Numbered from the stretch's first letter, positions 37,794 to 50,661 are shown. The stretch: 64,000 nt of DNA from Lepidodermella squamata (GCA_047495785.1 JBLDXI010000078.1:27985-91984); one strand, 5' to 3'. Notes: generated by a model not told the origin, from the letters alone. Translations and numbers: made by a program.

Positions 37794-40700
37794 ATGGCTA
37801 CCCCTTTGCGCATTTTTATTTTGATGACAATAGCCAGTTCGGCTGTCTCAGTCGAGTACAAGCGCTGCTTCTCTCGACTCAATGATAGCTTCACAGGTTG
37901 TAAAATGGGGTGTACCTTTGTCGAAGAAGTTCAGGTGAGTAAAACAAATTTCTTTTTTTTAATGAATTTTATTGCAAAATGCCTTAGCTCGGATCTGCCC
38001 TGCCGTCATTGGCAACCTGCTTGGATGGGGTGAAATTCGCTGTTGTGAATATTATAAAGTTTTTACTGAAAGTTTAAATTTCAGTCCGCTCGCAGCTGTT
38101 TCAACTACAAAACAATCAACATGCGCTGTATCCCCCGCAACTTGGGCTGTTCGTCAATCGACGAAGTTATGGTACGCGTTGGAATCGTTAAACTTCGATA
38201 ACAGGCTCGTTTGCTTTTTTCTCAGACCGCTGAGTACCTTGGAAATAACTTCGAAACGCAGTACAATCTTTGTAGATCTTCAATCAAAAAATTCTCAGTG
38301 AGTATTATCTCAATTCAGGCTCTGTGAGAACTTGGAACTTCATCGTAGAATGTTGAAGCGACGCTTTGTGACAAAAATGGCGAACGAACCTGCATTCCGG
38401 CAAACGGCCCTTGCCCGAACAATGGTGTAAGCATTTTCGCTTGTTTTGCCTATTTTTCCAGATCATTTTTACTGTAGAAAGTCGTGGGCTACTGGTCGAC
38501 CACGCTATCTTGCATGGCACAGGAAAATTGTGAGCTTGCACATGTTTATGACTCCAAAATGTTTCCTAATTTCATACGTTTCAGTGCAACGTAACGAAGC
38601 CGATTACCTTCCGCACTATCGGTGCTTTCTCCAGAGCGATCGGTCCTTTGTTGGATGCCGACCGACGCCCTGCAACTCGACCTACATGACTCAGGTGAGG
38701 CTTTGAACAATAGACTTCAATTAATATTAGCGCTTTCAACCCCGTAAAAATTCGACAAAATGACTGTATAATAACGGGCAGAAATCATTTTCCTATTTCA
38801 GTCTTACAGTGGAGGAACTTTCATCGACAAAGCTCATTGCCTCAATGGGGTTGGTTTACTGCATTGAAAAAATAGTTTTTACTGATACATTTTCATCAAT
38901 TCACAGCCGGTAGTGCTGTGTCACTCGTCGAATGGCTACGATTGCCGCGATACCTGCCCTTCTCCCATGACAGTGGTAGGCTCAGTTTGAAATGAATACA
39001 TCTAGTACAGATCTATTTCAGTATACAACTTTCGCCTGGAAACCTGATTTTACTACCAACTACGCAGATTGCCTCAATTTTTCAAGGGTTTGGAACTGAG
39101 GCCAGAATCGATAGCAATCATTCGCTCTAATATTCACAGCCGTCGCTGCTGTGTTCTTCGCCGAGTGGCTTCGTTTGCCGAGACTCCTGCCCGCCCCCGA
39201 TGACATTGGTAGTTCACTTGAAGTTGACTCTACACAAATTATCTACTACATATTCAGGTTTCGATATTCAACTCCCAAGAAAGCGCTGCTGAAAACAACG
39301 CTTATTGCCTAGAAGAATTGGTTTGAATCCTAATCATCTGCTTCCATTTGCCATGGGTTGTATGACAACTGAGCAACGAAAATTGGGAATACGACTATTC
39401 GACAGCGACAATTCAGCAAACGTCAATTCGGCAATATTTTTTTATACGATCGAAAACGACAACTCGGCAAACGACTACTCGGCAGTGAAAATTCATCGTA
39501 CCCTTCAGCGACAATTCGGCAGAAGACAACTCGACAATTCACTAATACTATAACGACAACTCAACATTAGCTATAGATTGGATAGAAGTGTTGAGAGCCA
39601 CATCACGCATAAAAAAACCGTCAGATACACTTTTCAAGCCTGTCGGAAAAACCAGGGTTGGAATAGGCATGCTCGCTCCGCTCGCATAGCCTTCTTACCC
39701 TTGATATTCTTGCTCAATCAAGGACATTGAATTTTGTTCCGTTCTCAAGTGTTATCAATCTTTCTTAAACGTGATGGCAGAAATGTATTCATGCCGAGTT
39801 TCTCCATATTAGTGATTTTCATCATGTCGAGTTGTCGTTTTGCCGAATTGTCGAAACTAGACATTCTGCTCAATATTCATTTGCCGAATTGTCGTTTTCG
39901 GTCCTCTAAATTTTTAATGCCGAGTTGACGTTTGTCGAATGGTCGTCCCGAGCTGTCGCATGTTGAATAGTCGTTTGCTCACTTGTCGCCACACCTTGCC
40001 GGTTATCATCTTTCAAACCCGACAATAGAAACCCCATAAAATCTGCGTCGATCAAACCTCGTACAAATTCGTGAAATGCATTCCGGTATCTAATTACACA
40101 TGGTGCCCTACCGGAACTATAACGGGAGCAACCTTCAACAACTCGATCGAGTGCGCAAATGGTAAGCATTGATCATCGTGAGACTTGAAATTTTTCAAAA
40201 TTAGAAAATTGATATCCAGCACCAGCAGCCATGTATCCTCATCGCCGATGCTTTGAACCATTAGGGTTGACATTTCCAGGATGTAAACAAGCCCCACAGC
40301 CGTGTGATGGCAACAATGTAAGATTTTCCTTGGTAGTTTCCATATTTTCCTAAATTTCCTTTCCTTCAAGATGCTGAGTCCAACTGTCTATATTACTAAA
40401 GCGGAATGTGAGGCAGGGGTAAGATTCTCAGACTTCCATTGGGAAAATTTCCCTGGTTCCTTTAATTATGCCGTTACAGCGAATTCGAGTATGTTATGAT
40501 GGAACGAATGGTGGCAGCTGTCTTGAAACTTGCCCGACTGGGCCCGGGAAATATGATGTAAGATAGATATTAGAAAAAATTAGACCGAAATACGCAAATT
40601 CGCATTATACAGCTTGGCCTTGTAGGATCGCCTGACTCTCTGTCTACATCTTTTGATAGCTGCCGAACTTTTATGGAGGTAACATTTCTATCTCGAAAAT

Positions 40701-40933
40701 AATTTATTGTCATTTGGCGTTGTGTATCCTTACTAGGGCAAACACGTCAACTGCGTCAACAGTGTGACAAAATTTGCTGTTGTTTGCATGCCACAATCGA
40801 TCAATTGTCCAGTTAATACGGTAAACTCATTTGAAGGAGACTTAGACCTGCATCTAACGAGGTAATATTGCAGACGTCTTGGGCCAATGGTCAGCCCTAC
40901 GACAACTTGAGCCAGTGCCTGATAAACAAGTAA
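37794..40933 (+). CDS. Secreted Cys-rich modular protein, paralog C: 19 exons, ten 4-Cys modules (module-5 exon pair duplicated)
   Basis: Exon-for-exon homology to paralog A; open frame from MATPLRIF to ..YDNLSQCLINK*. Confidence 0.85.
39356..39995. mobile_element. MITE-like element with subterminal CGACAA(C/T)TCGGCA repeats, in an intron of paralog C
   Basis: Repeats face forward at 39360-39565 and reverse at 39790-39990; imperfect TIR GGTTGTATGACAACTGAGC / GCTCACTTGTCGCCACACC. Confidence 0.7.
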
Positions 40934-43621
40934 GATACATTTATCCTTCGAATTTAGAATTGAGTTGCTCGATGTTCACATCAGAAACCAAAGAGCCCCT
41001 GTGGTTTCTTAAGCATTCCTCTGTTTGGAATCCAAGAGCTGGGGTCCCAGCACTCCTGTAATTCGCACCCTGGTTCGCACGCAGTGATCCTACTAAAGGC
41101 CCAGCAACAAAGAGCCCTGCAAAAAGCATTTTCCCCGCCAAAGTTTTGATAGCGGGAGGAAGACCCTTATGTTTCTCCAAGAAAATTCCTACTTTCCAAA
41201 GCAGTAATTTTCAGACCTTCCCTGGAATGTCGGTGACGAGAAATTAAAATGTTGCATTTTAACTGCAAATGAAGTTTTTTTTGAAAAATGTAAAATGTTT
41301 GAAAAATGTAAAAATTAGAAAATAGAAAGAAAGTGAACTCAGCGGAGTCGAATTACCACATTATGTTTCCGATTTTCCGGGTCAAAGTCCATTGTCAGCC
41401 ATTGCTGTCATCCATCAGCCACAGTCAGCTCGCGTGTTGTCGTCCAGAGAGCTTGGTGACTTGGTGACTTGGTGACTTGGTCGTGTCATTGCAATTTTCA
41501 ATGCAAATTTCGCATTATTTTTCCAGGTGTTACTTATTACACTTCAGCACCTATAACCTTTATTTTGTACCTGTATCATCAATAACCATGACATCATCGA
41601 TCAGCTTTTCGTTTTGATAATTTTTCAGGTCAAGGTATCTATGCTTTGATGACTTAAGTACAAACAAATTGTTTTGAGAAATTGAATTTAGGGGAAAGGA
41701 AAACATAAATATTTGGATTCACGTTTTACTGACTTTTAGCTTGGGGTAAAACCGAATAAGATGGGAAGCAGAATGCATTTGCAGAAGTAATGAATTTTCA
41801 AATATTTCTGGAATATCGCGATTGATAAGCAGAAATCCAAAACAATTTTCTGCATAAGGCCTGATCATCGCTTTGAGATCATGGCCTGCTTTGCCTGATT
41901 TGCCTGCATTTTTAAAGAAGTCACTGCTTTTAACTTGGTTGCGTTTATGGTGCCAGGATCTAAACTTAGGCTCCGTTATCCGGATTTTATGATTTTTGAC
42001 GCCGGATAATTGCCAGTGCTGTTGCTATATGCGAAAAGTTCATTATTTTTTGAAGATGAACGTCGCTGTCACGTGTGACGATTGACAATTTTCAAGGTTT
42101 CAATCTTGAAATCGATCAATTTTCCAGTGATACTAGCTTTTATTAGTTAGTTTCTAATGCACATTCTTCACAAGTAGCTGTTTGGCTTGACAATCAAGCG
42201 TCATTAAGCTAATGATACCCGCGACAGTCTACAGGAAAAATCCTATATACTTGACGGCTAAATGCAACTGTATCTTCTTCATTTAAAGCATAAAAATGTA
42301 GAAAAATAAAAATGTAAAAAAATTCTTTGATTAATCCTCAAAATTTCTTTTGAATCTGAATGGCGCTGAGTTTCTGCCTCTCTATTGACGCTTCCAACAG
42401 AACGGCCGCTATCGCTGATCAACTGACGGACGGCACGCTGATATGGGCTTCAGGTACTTCGCCCTGCCTTGTGTCGCAAGTCATGTTCAGAATGAGCAAC
42501 TTCAAACTCATGGCATCGATCGTTTTTTTACACTTCGATCTATTGTTAATCGATTATTTGAAAAATCGATTTTAGTCTGTTGATGACTTTCGATCTTTAA
42601 ACTTTAAACCGCAAACATTTAGCAACCATGTCACCGTTATAAACTGCTTTTCAAGCTCCATGAAGAACGATCCTCGTATCCTAATCGAATTTGAACTTCG
42701 ATTTTGGACGTTTGATTCGTTCAGCCTGTCTGAATCCACCATTGAACAACGGTCAGAAAGTTCCGCCAATTAATCACGCTGTCGAGGTAGCACTGCTGCT
42801 GTGATCAAGGTGAATCCAACAATTTTTCAAACTGAAGTTCGATCGGCTGTTACAATTTTCCAGAAAAATGCGTTAAGGTCAAGGTTTTTCAAGATTTGCG
42901 AAAACTGAAACCATTTAACCGGAAACCGAGTAATCACCGAGTGTAACGCATTTTTCCAGGCCTTAATATTCATTTTTGAACGAAACGATTTCGGAAATTT
43001 CAACACTAATCCAATTAAACATCTGGACAAAATGTTTTTCGTTCCTCTAATTTTAGTCATTTTCGATAGTTTTCGTCGATTTAGTCGAGATCATTCTAAT
43101 TTTATGAAATCTGCCGTGGAATCTCTGTTATAAATCTCGCATGCGGGGAGCAGTTTGAGCCAAACAACTCTCTGGTATGAGTTAGGTGAGTTTGGTCTGA
43201 GCATCCGTGTGAGTTGTTTATCCAACCGTCTGAGCTGGTTTCGGTGATCGATTGATCGAACGTCGGCCAAAATGAATGTATTGTCAGATTTTAGGATCAT
43301 TTTAAGGTGGGATTCATTTGCCAATACGACCAGCCTGGTCAATAATATAAAAGCTTAATTCGAATTTACGTTAATCCTAGTTACGCACCTGTTAAAAGCA
43401 AAATTTCATTTTTGAAAGCTGTCTGATTTGAAAATGACCTATATCCTACGACAAGACTTTGCTTGGGTTGTTTTTCATAGGTATTTTAAAAGCAGCTGAC
43501 GCGCTTAATTCACCAGTTATTTTGCTGAAACTAGAAAAAACATCGCGTGCTCAAATCCGAGCTTGAAAAAGGCACTTTTAGTTTCATTCATTTATTTTTC
43601 CGTTTCAATTCACCACGAATT

Positions 43622-45142
43622 ATGTCTGTATTTTCTCGGATCATTTTAATCCTCAGCCTAACTTTGCCGACCTATACACAAGAATTCAAGCGATGTTTCT
43701 CCCGTTTGGATGACTCTTTCGCAGGCTGCAAAGGCAACTGTTCGTACCTCGATGAAATTCAGGCAAGTCCGTAATTAAAAAGACCACAATTTGTAATTTT
43801 TGCCGAATATTCTGAAGCTCGGTCTCAAGTTGAATTCGCTGCCGAGTTGCACAGCCGGCGTGAGTTGTTACATTATCCTACCCTAATGTAATGAATGCCT
43901 CGATCAAATACAGGCCGCACGGAGCTGCTTCAACCACAAAACGATCAACATGCGATGTATCCCTCGTAATCCTGGCTGCGATAAAAACGATGAAGTCATA
44001 GTCAGTGCCTGAGAATTTGCTGGTAAATGTTGACCACTTTTTCCGCTCAACAGACGGCCGAATTTCTCGGCGACGTGTTCGGATCGCAGTACGACTTATG
44101 TCGATCAACGATAAGCAAACTAATGGTAATAATTTAATTTTATTCCATTTTCTTAGTGCGCAAAATAGCAAAGTCTCCAAGATTATCTGGTCATGTTTTA
44201 GAGTTTCTGAATGCTTTTCCTGAATGCTCATGGGACACGCTGTATTCTATTGTTTTCTATTCAGAGTATGCGGGCGACGGTTTGCGGCGAAGATAGCCAG
44301 CGATCGTGTATACCGGTCAATGGCTCGTGCCCAAACAGCGGGGTAAATTGCAGTTTAAGTAAAGCGGTGACTCAATAACTTTCATCGTTACTAAACGCAG
44401 ATTCCAAAGGGCAGTTATGCAACGATGAAGCTCTGCATGGAGCGGGAGAAAAGTTGGAATTTTCCAGTTTTTTTAAATCTTTTTCAGATATTATTACATT
44501 ATTTGTAACGAATTGCTTTGTAATAAAAACTCACGAATTATTTTTTTCAGTTGTCCGAAATAATGACGATTTTGTGCCCTTCAATCGATGCTTCCTTCAA
44601 AGCGATCGTTCCTTCGTCGGCTGCCAATCGACGCCTTGCGATCCAGCCTCAATGACTCGGGTTAGTTCACCTGTAAAGATTGAAAATTCATTCCTCATTC
44701 CCATCTACAGTCCTTCAGTAGCGGAACTTACATCGACAGATTCCACTGCATCGCAGGCGTTAGTCCAATCAAAATAATTAGTTATTCATATGTGTGATTT
44801 TTTTTCAAATATTTCAGCCTGCTGCATTATGCTCGACATCTGGTGGCATGGTTTGCCGGAACACGTGCCCGTCTCCTATGACAGTGGTAGGTTTCAGAGT
44901 CATCAAAATTTCATGGCAAATTCCTAGCTGTTTTATAAATTATTTGATTGCATGGATTTTCTTTCCCAAATTTTCGATTTATTTTTACTCCGGGTCAAAG
45001 AATATTTCCAGTGTTCTCCTTATTCTCAATGCTTCTGATCTGATGCCTTTTAATGAGGTCTGTCTTTCAGGTAACGATTTTTCGGGCGAAATCAGACTTT
45101 GCCGGTAACTATGCTGACTGCATGCAATCGCAGGTTCCTCAG
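43622..45142 (+). CDS. Secreted Cys-rich modular protein, paralog D: 10 intact exons (five modules); later exons not found
   Basis: MSVFSRIILIL..EFKRCFSRLDDSFAGC; exons 1-10 homologous to A and C with the same phases; GC donor in intron 1. Confidence 0.75.
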
Positions 45143-46305
45143 GTATGCGAATTCCACTCAAGTTCTGAACTGCGTTTGGGAAATTGCGAGTTCGATGGTC
45201 TGTTGTCGACGATACAATTTTGTGGTCCGAATTAGACTCGATTCCAACAAATGAGGCTTTCCTTGACAGTCAGAGCCGCAATTCGGCGCGTAGAATTCGG
45301 CTTGTTTCCTTGCTACATGGTAGTCCCAAAACTCCAGAGCCTCCGGAAAACCCGTGGACTCCGGAGCATGGAAGCCCGCGGTTTCTCAACGACCTGCCCT
45401 GCGCAACCTCATTGCCTACAATCCTGAGGGCGCTGAAGGCGACGCCGTCTACCAGGCGTTGCCGATTCCTTAAGCGTAAGCGAGCATCAGGTGTTTCGAT
45501 GTTTTCGGATGGCAGAATGGCAACAGGTGATAGGATGTGGCTTTCGAACCATTTTTCCTATGTTCGCTCGTTTTGATGGAGTTCGCTCTTACTCAGTGAT
45601 CGGAAGCACCGATTACTTTTTGTGCGGTATGACTATTGGCCTAAACTTTTATGTGTGAAACAAATCCTGAACAACGTCGCCGCTGTTGATTTGAAATGAT
45701 GGGAATTTAGGTTTAACTTCCACGCGCGTGGAGAAAATCGTCGACGAAGACACCTTTGCTTGGATCGAGCCAAATCCGGAATGAGGCTTGATCCAAGGCC
45801 ATAGTTACCTCAGAACAACAAAAGTGTAGTGTTGACTCATCAAGTGTTATAAATCTCGCTATACGACAAGAAACTAATAGCTAAGGAAGTAACACGGGCT
45901 CGAACTTTTTTGTTGAGTTTACTCGTCTAACGACTCATAAATAACAGTTTTATCCACGTGTAATCAATACACTGTTTAAGGTTTAAGGTTTAGGAATTCA
46001 AAGAAAGGTGTCAAATGGGTTCCCCCGGCGCTACTGTAGCAGCTATGCTGCTGCTGTTGCCAATTACTAATCTGGAGATTTGCGTCTACAAAAAGACTGA
46101 AATAAAAAAATGTAAATTAAAAAAATCAAGAAGAGGTAAATTATATGCCCAGCTTTAAAAAATCAGCAAATTTCAGAGAACCAAGAAATCATTAAAAATT
46201 GAATTAACGTGAAATTTGAACACGCTTTTTAGTGCGTTTTTTGCTAATTTTAGGTAGGAAGATTTTTGGGAGGAAAATCTGGATACAGCAAGCTTTAAAA
46301 CTATT

Positions 46306-46940
46306 CAGGGTTCCGACTAGGACCAGCCAATGTAGAAGATGGAACATTTTGCCGAAAGGGGGATTTAGGTAAGGGTCCCCCCTTATATCGCTCAAGTATA
46401 CAGCGATATAACAGCCCTATACAGCTCTGAGGGGAGTAAATCGAGCAGTTTGTGTCCACAGACATTTGAGTCTTTGACAACTCAGCCACGACAACTCAGC
46501 CTTTTAAATATTTATTTTAATTTACGACATCTCAGTTTGCGACAACTCAGCTTTTTCCTAATTTTAATAACATCGCGACAACTCAGCCCACGACAACTCA
46601 GCCCACGACAACTCAGCCTTTAAACTACTTAGTCCGGCTCACATGCTCGCTCCGCTCGTATGGTAATATGGCTAGGTATTTTCACAATTGAATAAAGGCT
46701 GAGTTGTCGTGGGCTGAGTTGTCGCGATGTTATTAAAATTAGGAAAAAGCTGAGTTGTCGCAGGCTGAAAAGTCATGGCTGAGTTGTCGTTTTCTGAATT
46801 GTCGAGACTCAGTTGACGGAATACGGCATTTTGAGCCCAAAATTTGCAAATCAACAGGGGGGACCCTTACGTTTTTCAGAAATTTTCGAAGGCCAGGGGG
46901 GCTTGTTTACCCCCTAACCCCCCGTACTTTAGGAGCACTG
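46306..46940. mobile_element. CAG..CTG-ended element carrying a nested CGACAACTCAGC-repeat element (46448-46825)
   Basis: An uninterrupted relative at 49530-49677 reads TCGAGCA|TTTTGAGC; here the insert is flanked by GCA on both sides. Confidence 0.65.
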
Positions 46941-47051
46941 GAAATTTTTGCAGCCCTGATGTCAAGGTAAATATTTGACGATGAGCTATTATCTATTTTG
47001 ATTTTATTTGTTCGAGCTTTTCAATGATCTTGCGTTAAATCAGCAGAAAGC

Positions 47052-49477
47052 TTAGCCACCCAGAGCCTCCACTACTTCGACGTAACTTAGTGAGACGGCG
47101 ATGGTGAGTGGCGTGCGGTCTTTTTTGTCGGTCATATTTACGTCGGCATGAAACTCGCCAGTCAACACCCTCACCATCTCGACTTTTCCATTCCGGGCGG
47201 CGATGTGCAGTGGCGTCCATCCATCTTTATCGGCCATATTCATGTCGGCGTGGAACTCGCCAGCCAACAACCTCACCACCTCGACTTTTCCATTCCCGGC
47301 GGCGACGTACAGTGGCGTTTCGCCATATTTCTCGGTCATATTCACGTCGGCATGAAACTCGCCAGCCAACATCCTCACCACCTCGATGAGGCCGTTCCCG
47401 GCGGCGAAGTGCAGTGGCGTACGGCCATATTTTTCGGTCATATTTACGTCGGCATGAAACTCGCCAGCCAACAATCTCACCACATTGACTTTTCCATTCA
47501 CGGCGGCGATGTGCAGTGGCGTCCATCCATCTTTATCGGCCATAGTCATGTCGTCGTGGAACTCGCCAACCAACAACCTCACCACCTCGACTTTTCCATT
47601 CAGTGCGGCGATGTGCAGTGGCGTCCATCCATTTTTGTCGGTCATATTTACGTCGGCATGAAACTCGCCAGCCAACAATCTCACCACCTCGACTTCTCCA
47701 TTGCCGGCGGCGATGTGCAGTGGCGTCCATCCATCTTTATCGGCCAAAGTCATGTCGGCATGAAACTCGCCAGCCAGCACCCTCACCACCTCGAGGTGGC
47801 CTTTCTCGGCAGCGATGTGCAATGGTGTACTGCCATATCCATTACGAATCTCAATGTCTGCCTGAAACTGCCGGACCAGAATTTCCACAAAGTGGTTGCA
47901 GCCTTCCCGAGCAGCAAGGTACATCAGAGGACACCCCTTATCGTCTTTCCAGTTAGCGCTAAGACCGAGGTCACTGTTCGACAGTAGCCGCACCAATTTG
48001 AATAGGTCCTTCCGCCGACCAACGCAGTCAAAAAGCTCCTGGTAATTTCAATTTACCACTCATTGTTCGAGCGTAAAATGTGATATATGCCGAATTTACC
48101 CTAGAAGCATCTTTGTTGGGTTCGGCGACTGATTGGCCAGGCTGAAGAATATGCAACAATTCGATTGCCACATATAAACTATTAATCATACCTTCGTATA
48201 CCGCATTGGTGCTGATTTAAACAGAAAACCGTCCTGTTTTAGTTGAGTTGATGTCGGTCGATCACCAGGAGTCGCGGCGAGCATCGGCACGACAAAATTC
48301 CGGAATTCATCTGAATAGCCGCTCGACTGGTCAAACGGCTTCATATTATTTCTTAAAAAAAAAGATATCAGCTTGCTAAAACCGAATTCCACTGGTCCGT
48401 CTACCTCAAAATATCCACCGTCGAGATGAACTGAAAAAATAAAACCTGTTACAAGATCTAGTAGGTTCTCTCTCATACTGGTTCTTTGAAGTAGGCCAAT
48501 TTGAAGAGTGCAAATCCCAACGACCAAACGTCACTTGCAGGTGATTTCGGTTCATGGTTACATACCTCAGGAGGTGAAATCCTCCACTTTGCTAAGGCAG
48601 ACATTTTGGAGCCACTGTTTGAGCAAAATCTCAGATAATAACGGTTAAATCCCCTACTTACGATCTCTACCGTAGTACGCGGTAGGTACCGTAGCTTTGC
48701 TCAGTACGGTAAAGCTACGGTAAGAACTACGGTGTAGATCGGCTCTCCAGCCTTACGTGTCCAGTTTCTCGATGATTCCCAAGTCAGCTAGTTTCGCTGT
48801 GCCACGGTCTCTGGTAAGCAGGACGTTGTTTGTCGTTATGTTGCGATGAACAATGCTTCGACCGTGAAGATACGCCAAAGCTGATACGACTTGGCGGGAC
48901 CATATTTGAAGCATAATTTCCGGGATGGGTGCAGTCTCAGTCTCGATCAGGCTTTCAAAACTTCCTCCCCAGCAAAAATCCATCACTAAATACTTCATCG
49001 TACAGTTGCGAGAAGATAAATCTTGACCGGAATATGTCTCTATAGTTGGAAAACTATTACAGAGAACTAAGGGAAGTAGGAAGTTACCTTCAAAAGCGGC
49101 AAACACCTTGACAATGTTGGCATGGCTGATATTGAGCATTAACAAATCCTGGAATGCGAAAACTTTTACATTTTCCCAATTTCTCTAAGGTTCATTTCAA
49201 CTCAATTCAACGATAATTCAAGAGGGAAAAACGGAGACCATTTCCGATACATTTATTGACGGAAACTCACTCTTTCGCGGAGAAGTTCAGCAATTCTGTC
49301 AAAGTCATTCTCAAATTCCTTGCGAAGGCTTGTCAAGTTGGTTTCTCTGATAACCACTTGCTCCTGAGGGCTCTCGCTACGTTTGTACAAATAAGATTGT
49401 CGTAGGCGGCCATAACACAACAGTTTAACAAAAGTGAACTCCGACATTGATGGATACGTCCTCGGTTCCATATTCAT
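47052..49477 (-). CDS. NEK-like pseudokinase fused to 9 ankyrin repeats, 8 exons
   Basis: HANIVKV, YLVMDFC.GG, ALAYLH..IVHRNI, KLADLG, PPE, SDVWSLG, DRPT; exons join in frame via PGQSVAEPNKDASR|ELFDC to the 47052-47996 ANK ORF with 34-aa (102-bp) repeats. Confidence 0.85.
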
Positions 49478-49529
49478 TACGAGGCTGAAAATGATGACAG
49501 AGTGAAAAGCAGGCAGAGATAGGAATAAA

Positions 49530-49677
49530 CAGTGATCCGACTAGGTCTGAGGGGGGTAAATCGAGCATTTTGAGCCCAAAATTTGCAAATCAACAGGGGG
49601 GACCCTTACATTTTTCAGAAATTCTCGACGCCAGTGGGGTTCGTTTACCCACCTTACCCCCCGTTCTTGGAGCACTG
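49530..49677. mobile_element. Short hAT-like MITE (empty relative of 46306-46940)
   Basis: CAGTGATCC..GGAGCACTG ends; near-identical GCATTTTGAGCCCAAAATTTGCAAATCAACAGGGGGGACCCTTAC core. Confidence 0.6.
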
Positions 49678-50080
49678 GCTTCAATAAATGAGCGGCATTA
49701 AAATAAGCTTAATTCTCTGAAGTTTCAGCGATAAGAAAACGGCGATACCGTGGTGGCTCGTCATATCATATCTGCAAGAAACGCGCTGAATTTCGCTGAG
49801 TATCTGTATACCCTAATCTCAGGGGGAGGTTCGCCGGTATTACTGATAACTCTTGGCTTCTTCATCTCTACGACGACTTCGTTGAACGTTATTCATCTTG
49901 CTTCTCCATTGAGTGTAAATCTGAGCTTTCCAAGGTTTTGTATATCGACATCGTTTTAAAACACTCAAGCCGCCTGGAATTACGATGAGTCGTGAAAATG
50001 AGTTCGAAATTTTAGTTGAATTCAGCATTTACCCTGAAATCGAATTTTTTTTGCCTGAACCCGGTACCTTGCCCGCCACT

Positions 50081-50153
50081 CGACGTTTCGCTTCACTATG
50101 CCAGAAATTGCGAGTTGCTGGCCGAAGTTTTCACCGGCATTTGTGAAAGCACC
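50081..50153 (-). mobile_element. Solo diverged end of the same Harbinger family
   Basis: CGACGTTTCGCTTCAC..TTGCGAGTTGCT..CCGAAGTTTTC..GCATTTGTGAAAGCACC is approximately the reverse complement of 25039-25118. Confidence 0.8.
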
Positions 50154-50661
50154 ATCGTCACCTCTCAAACAAAAATTTTGGCTACGCCCTGACCCTGGAA
50201 AATGAGTCGAAAAATGGCCCGTACGGATAAAGGTTGATAAGCACTGAATGTGATTTCAACCTGGGAAAACCCGGAAAACCCCGATGGTCAGGGTGCGATC
50301 TTGGATCCCCGAGCTGCCATAGGGATGATTAATAATTGTTTGCTTTATTTGCCAAGATGACTGGTCATTTCGGCTAATAACCGAGCGAAGCGAGAAAATT
50401 TTGGAGATTTTCCGCTAAAACACGCTCCAGAACCTTCCAAAATTAAAAAAAATAGTGGGTTAAATTCTAATTTTGTTATTTGGAAAGCTCTCTGGAAGTC
50501 GCACATTTTTCGAATTTTTGTAAAATAAACTTTCTGGCCATGAGACGTGACCATAATTCATATTTTAGAAATCCTGAGCCTTTCTCCCCGTATTGCCTTT
50601 GCTTGCGTTACTTATGGGACACGCTGTATATGCCGGATAAGTGTAACGCATTCAGTTTATT

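Noticed and set aside
39360-39565. Short repeats with variable spacers (also 46480-46815) resembling a CRISPR array
   Set aside because: Repeats are about 12 bp, irregularly spaced and invert at the other end; these are TE subterminal repeats in a eukaryote, with no cas genes
41452-41481. (CTTGGTGA)n tandem repeat
   Set aside because: Ordinary short minisatellite
42572-43342. Chain of short minus-strand ORFs
   Set aside because: Broken by stops with no recognisable domain; at most a decayed gene
45184-45576. 130-aa ORF following paralog D
   Set aside because: Lacks the module Cys pattern and is not homologous to exon 11 of A or C
47148-47987. 279-aa plus-strand repetitive ORF and other short ORFs here
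   Set aside because: Antisense and alternate-frame shadows of the 102-bp ankyrin repeats
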